Assembly (NCBI GenBank): GCA_016618085.1
Contig: JABLTG010000003.1
Location: forward strand, 1 to 64,000
Source of the DNA: Neovahlkampfia damariscottae
Lineage: Eukaryota
Reading direction: 5' to 3'
Length of the DNA: 64,000 nucleotides
The notes beneath the pieces were generated by a model. It did no database searches and was not told the origin of the DNA. It saw only the letters and a program-made list of their open reading frames with translations. Within the stretch, counting starts at the first letter, position 1; each line of letters begins with the position of its first letter. A program made the position numbers and the translations under genes. This document shows positions 61,842-64,000 of this stretch, piece by piece.

Positions 61842-64000
61842 ATGGACAGCAAACAATATTTGTTTTTGCTTTTTTTTCTGACGATATTTTATGGTTCATT
61901 TAGTTTGACCAATCCTCAGGTTTATACTTTTGGAAGAAAAGATGTAAACATAGTTCTTCTTTGATGTTTTTTATTAGGACGGTCCTCTTTGTCTGGGTGA
62001 AATATCAACTGATAAATACTCTCCAACAGAAGTAACCTCAAGTAACCAAGAGAATACTGTTGATATTGAAGCTGGTTCAAAAGCCACTTTTCTTCTCAAA
62101 TCATCAGGAAGGGTTTTTGCTTGTGGAAAAAATGATGTAAAAAAAAATTAATTAAAGTTTTAAAGAGGTATCAATTAGGAGATGGCTCTGAAATCAAAAA
62201 GTACACACCAGTACTTTCCTCATCTCTTGGATTGGTGAACAAAGTTTCAAATGGAGATTCCTTCACAATGGTGATTAACACAGTTGGCGGAGTCTATGGA
62301 CTTGGAAAGAATAATGTATTTTTTTCTTTATTAATTTTTTTCAGAAAGGACAACTTGGTAATGGTTTAACATCATATGAAGTGTCTTCTCTTGTTGGATT
62401 CACTTCACCAACCAACTTTGCTTTTGAAAAAATTTCAGCAGGCAAAGAACACACCCTTATATTGAAAAATGGATCAGTTTATTCTTATGGAAGCCAAGAA
62501 GTTTTTTTTTTTTGATTTTTTTTTTAATTTTACATTAGGATGGAAGATGTGGTGATAATGACAGCTCTGGTTCAAGAAAAACACCATATTTGATTCCAAA
62601 TCAATATATTATAGACATATCTGCTGGTGAGAAACACTCTTTGATTGTGAATGACCAAGGAACAGTTTTTAGTTTCGGAAAAAATGAAGTTTTTTTTTTT
62701 GTTAACATCTTAATTTTAGTATGGACAATTGGGATTAGGAGATACAATCAAAAGAATAGTACCAACAATAATCTCTACAATCGATAAAATCAAAAGAGTT
62801 TTTGCTGGTGGAAGATTTTCTCTTGTTTTAAGAACTACTGGTAGAGTGTATTCTTTTGGAGATCATGATTCAAATGAACTTGGAATTGGACATAACAATA
62901 ATAAACAGAAACATTTATATCCTGTTATAGTATCCACTGAATATAACTATAGAATTATTGATGCTTGTGTTGGAGAACGTTTTTCATTGATAATGAATGG
63001 TACTGAAAAATAGAGTTTAATTCTTTTAGACAAAGGAAAAGTTTATTCTTTTGGAAAAAATAATGTTGGTCAACTTGGTATCGGATTTTCAAACAGAAAT
63101 GCTGATACAAGGTTGGCAAGACCACTCACTGATACAAATCAAGGGATTTTCAAAGTTGCATGTGGTTATGAACACAGTGTTGTTTTAAAATATACAGCAA
63201 GTTGTTATGGAAAGTCTCATGACAATGAAGCTGTTTGTTCTGGAAATGGGCTTTGCACTGCAACAGATACATGTTCTTGTGCCAGTGGGTATAGTGGAAC
63301 AGAATGTGCATCATATAGTTGCTTTGGAGTTTTAAGCACTGTGTCTTCTGTTTGCTCAGGCTTTGGAACTTGTTCTTCACCAAATTTGTGCAGTTGTATG
63401 GATGGACGTGATGGAACAAATTGTGAAGTTGATTTGAATCAAAATAGTTACAATCACACAAAAGTTTATTCTTTTGGAAAAAATGATTTTGGTCAATTGG
63501 CTATTGGAACTACTGAAGATACAAGTATTCCAACCAAAGTTACTTTGAACAATTATGGAATTACAAACATATATTCTGGTGAAAGTCATGTATTTATGAA
63601 AAATCATTTGTCAAAAATGTATTCTGCAGGAAATAATCAAGTTTACCCACTTTTTTATTTTACTCTTCATAGTATGGCGAGTTATTGTTAGAACAAGATT
63701 TTACTTATCAAACAACACTCAAGAAAGTTCAAAGACCATTCTATGAAATCATTACATCAGCAACTGGAGGAGAAAATTATTCAATGGTTTTGACAAATAA
63801 TGGAGTGTATTCTGTTGGAAATGGAGATGTATGTTTTTATCATTAAACAATTTTTAGTTGGGAAGGTTAGGTATTTCAAGTACAGAGAACGTTTTGATTC
63901 CAATTTTAGTTACTGGAACCAATGGCGTGACTCAAATAAGTTCATCTCAACATTCATTGATTTTATTTAATGATGGAACAGTAAAATCATTTGGAAAGAA
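61842..64000 (+). CDS. Secreted/surface RCC1-repeat + EGF-like protein (runs off window)
   Basis: Signal peptide; many VYSFGKN..GQLG / ISAGEKHSL repeats split by short introns; EGF-like CSGNGLC..CSCASGYSGTEC. Confidence 0.85.

Noticed and set aside
2744..63607. Numerous short antisense or overlapping ORFs in the track
   Set aside because: Shadows of real genes or intron read-through in AT-rich DNA.

Overview
AT-rich, very gene-dense eukaryotic (protist) DNA with about 30 protein-coding genes and tiny GT-AG introns (about 28-45 nt). The gene mix (7TM-RGS, DUF4116 repeats, RCC1+EGF, PAS/cyclase membrane protein) suggests a heterolobosean amoeba; this is inference. The most notable feature is at the left edge (1-847, minus strand): an IS607-type mobile element. 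It carries a serine-recombinase tnpA broken by one in-frame stop and an overlapping TnpB/Fanzor2-type RNA-guided nuclease ORF. That ORF is missing from the ORF track because it runs off the window. Its frame is open from 837 to 1 and overprints almost all of tnpA. Other notable items are a cysteine-desulfurase-like/TtcA fusion with a tail anchor, a PPP-family pseudophosphatase, a divergent bacterial-like SHMT, a C2/phospholipase-C fusion, a degenerate cyclase, a candidate 3-nt micro-exon, and CCAAT boxes close to most start codons. Boundaries of spliced genes were read by eye and are approximate.
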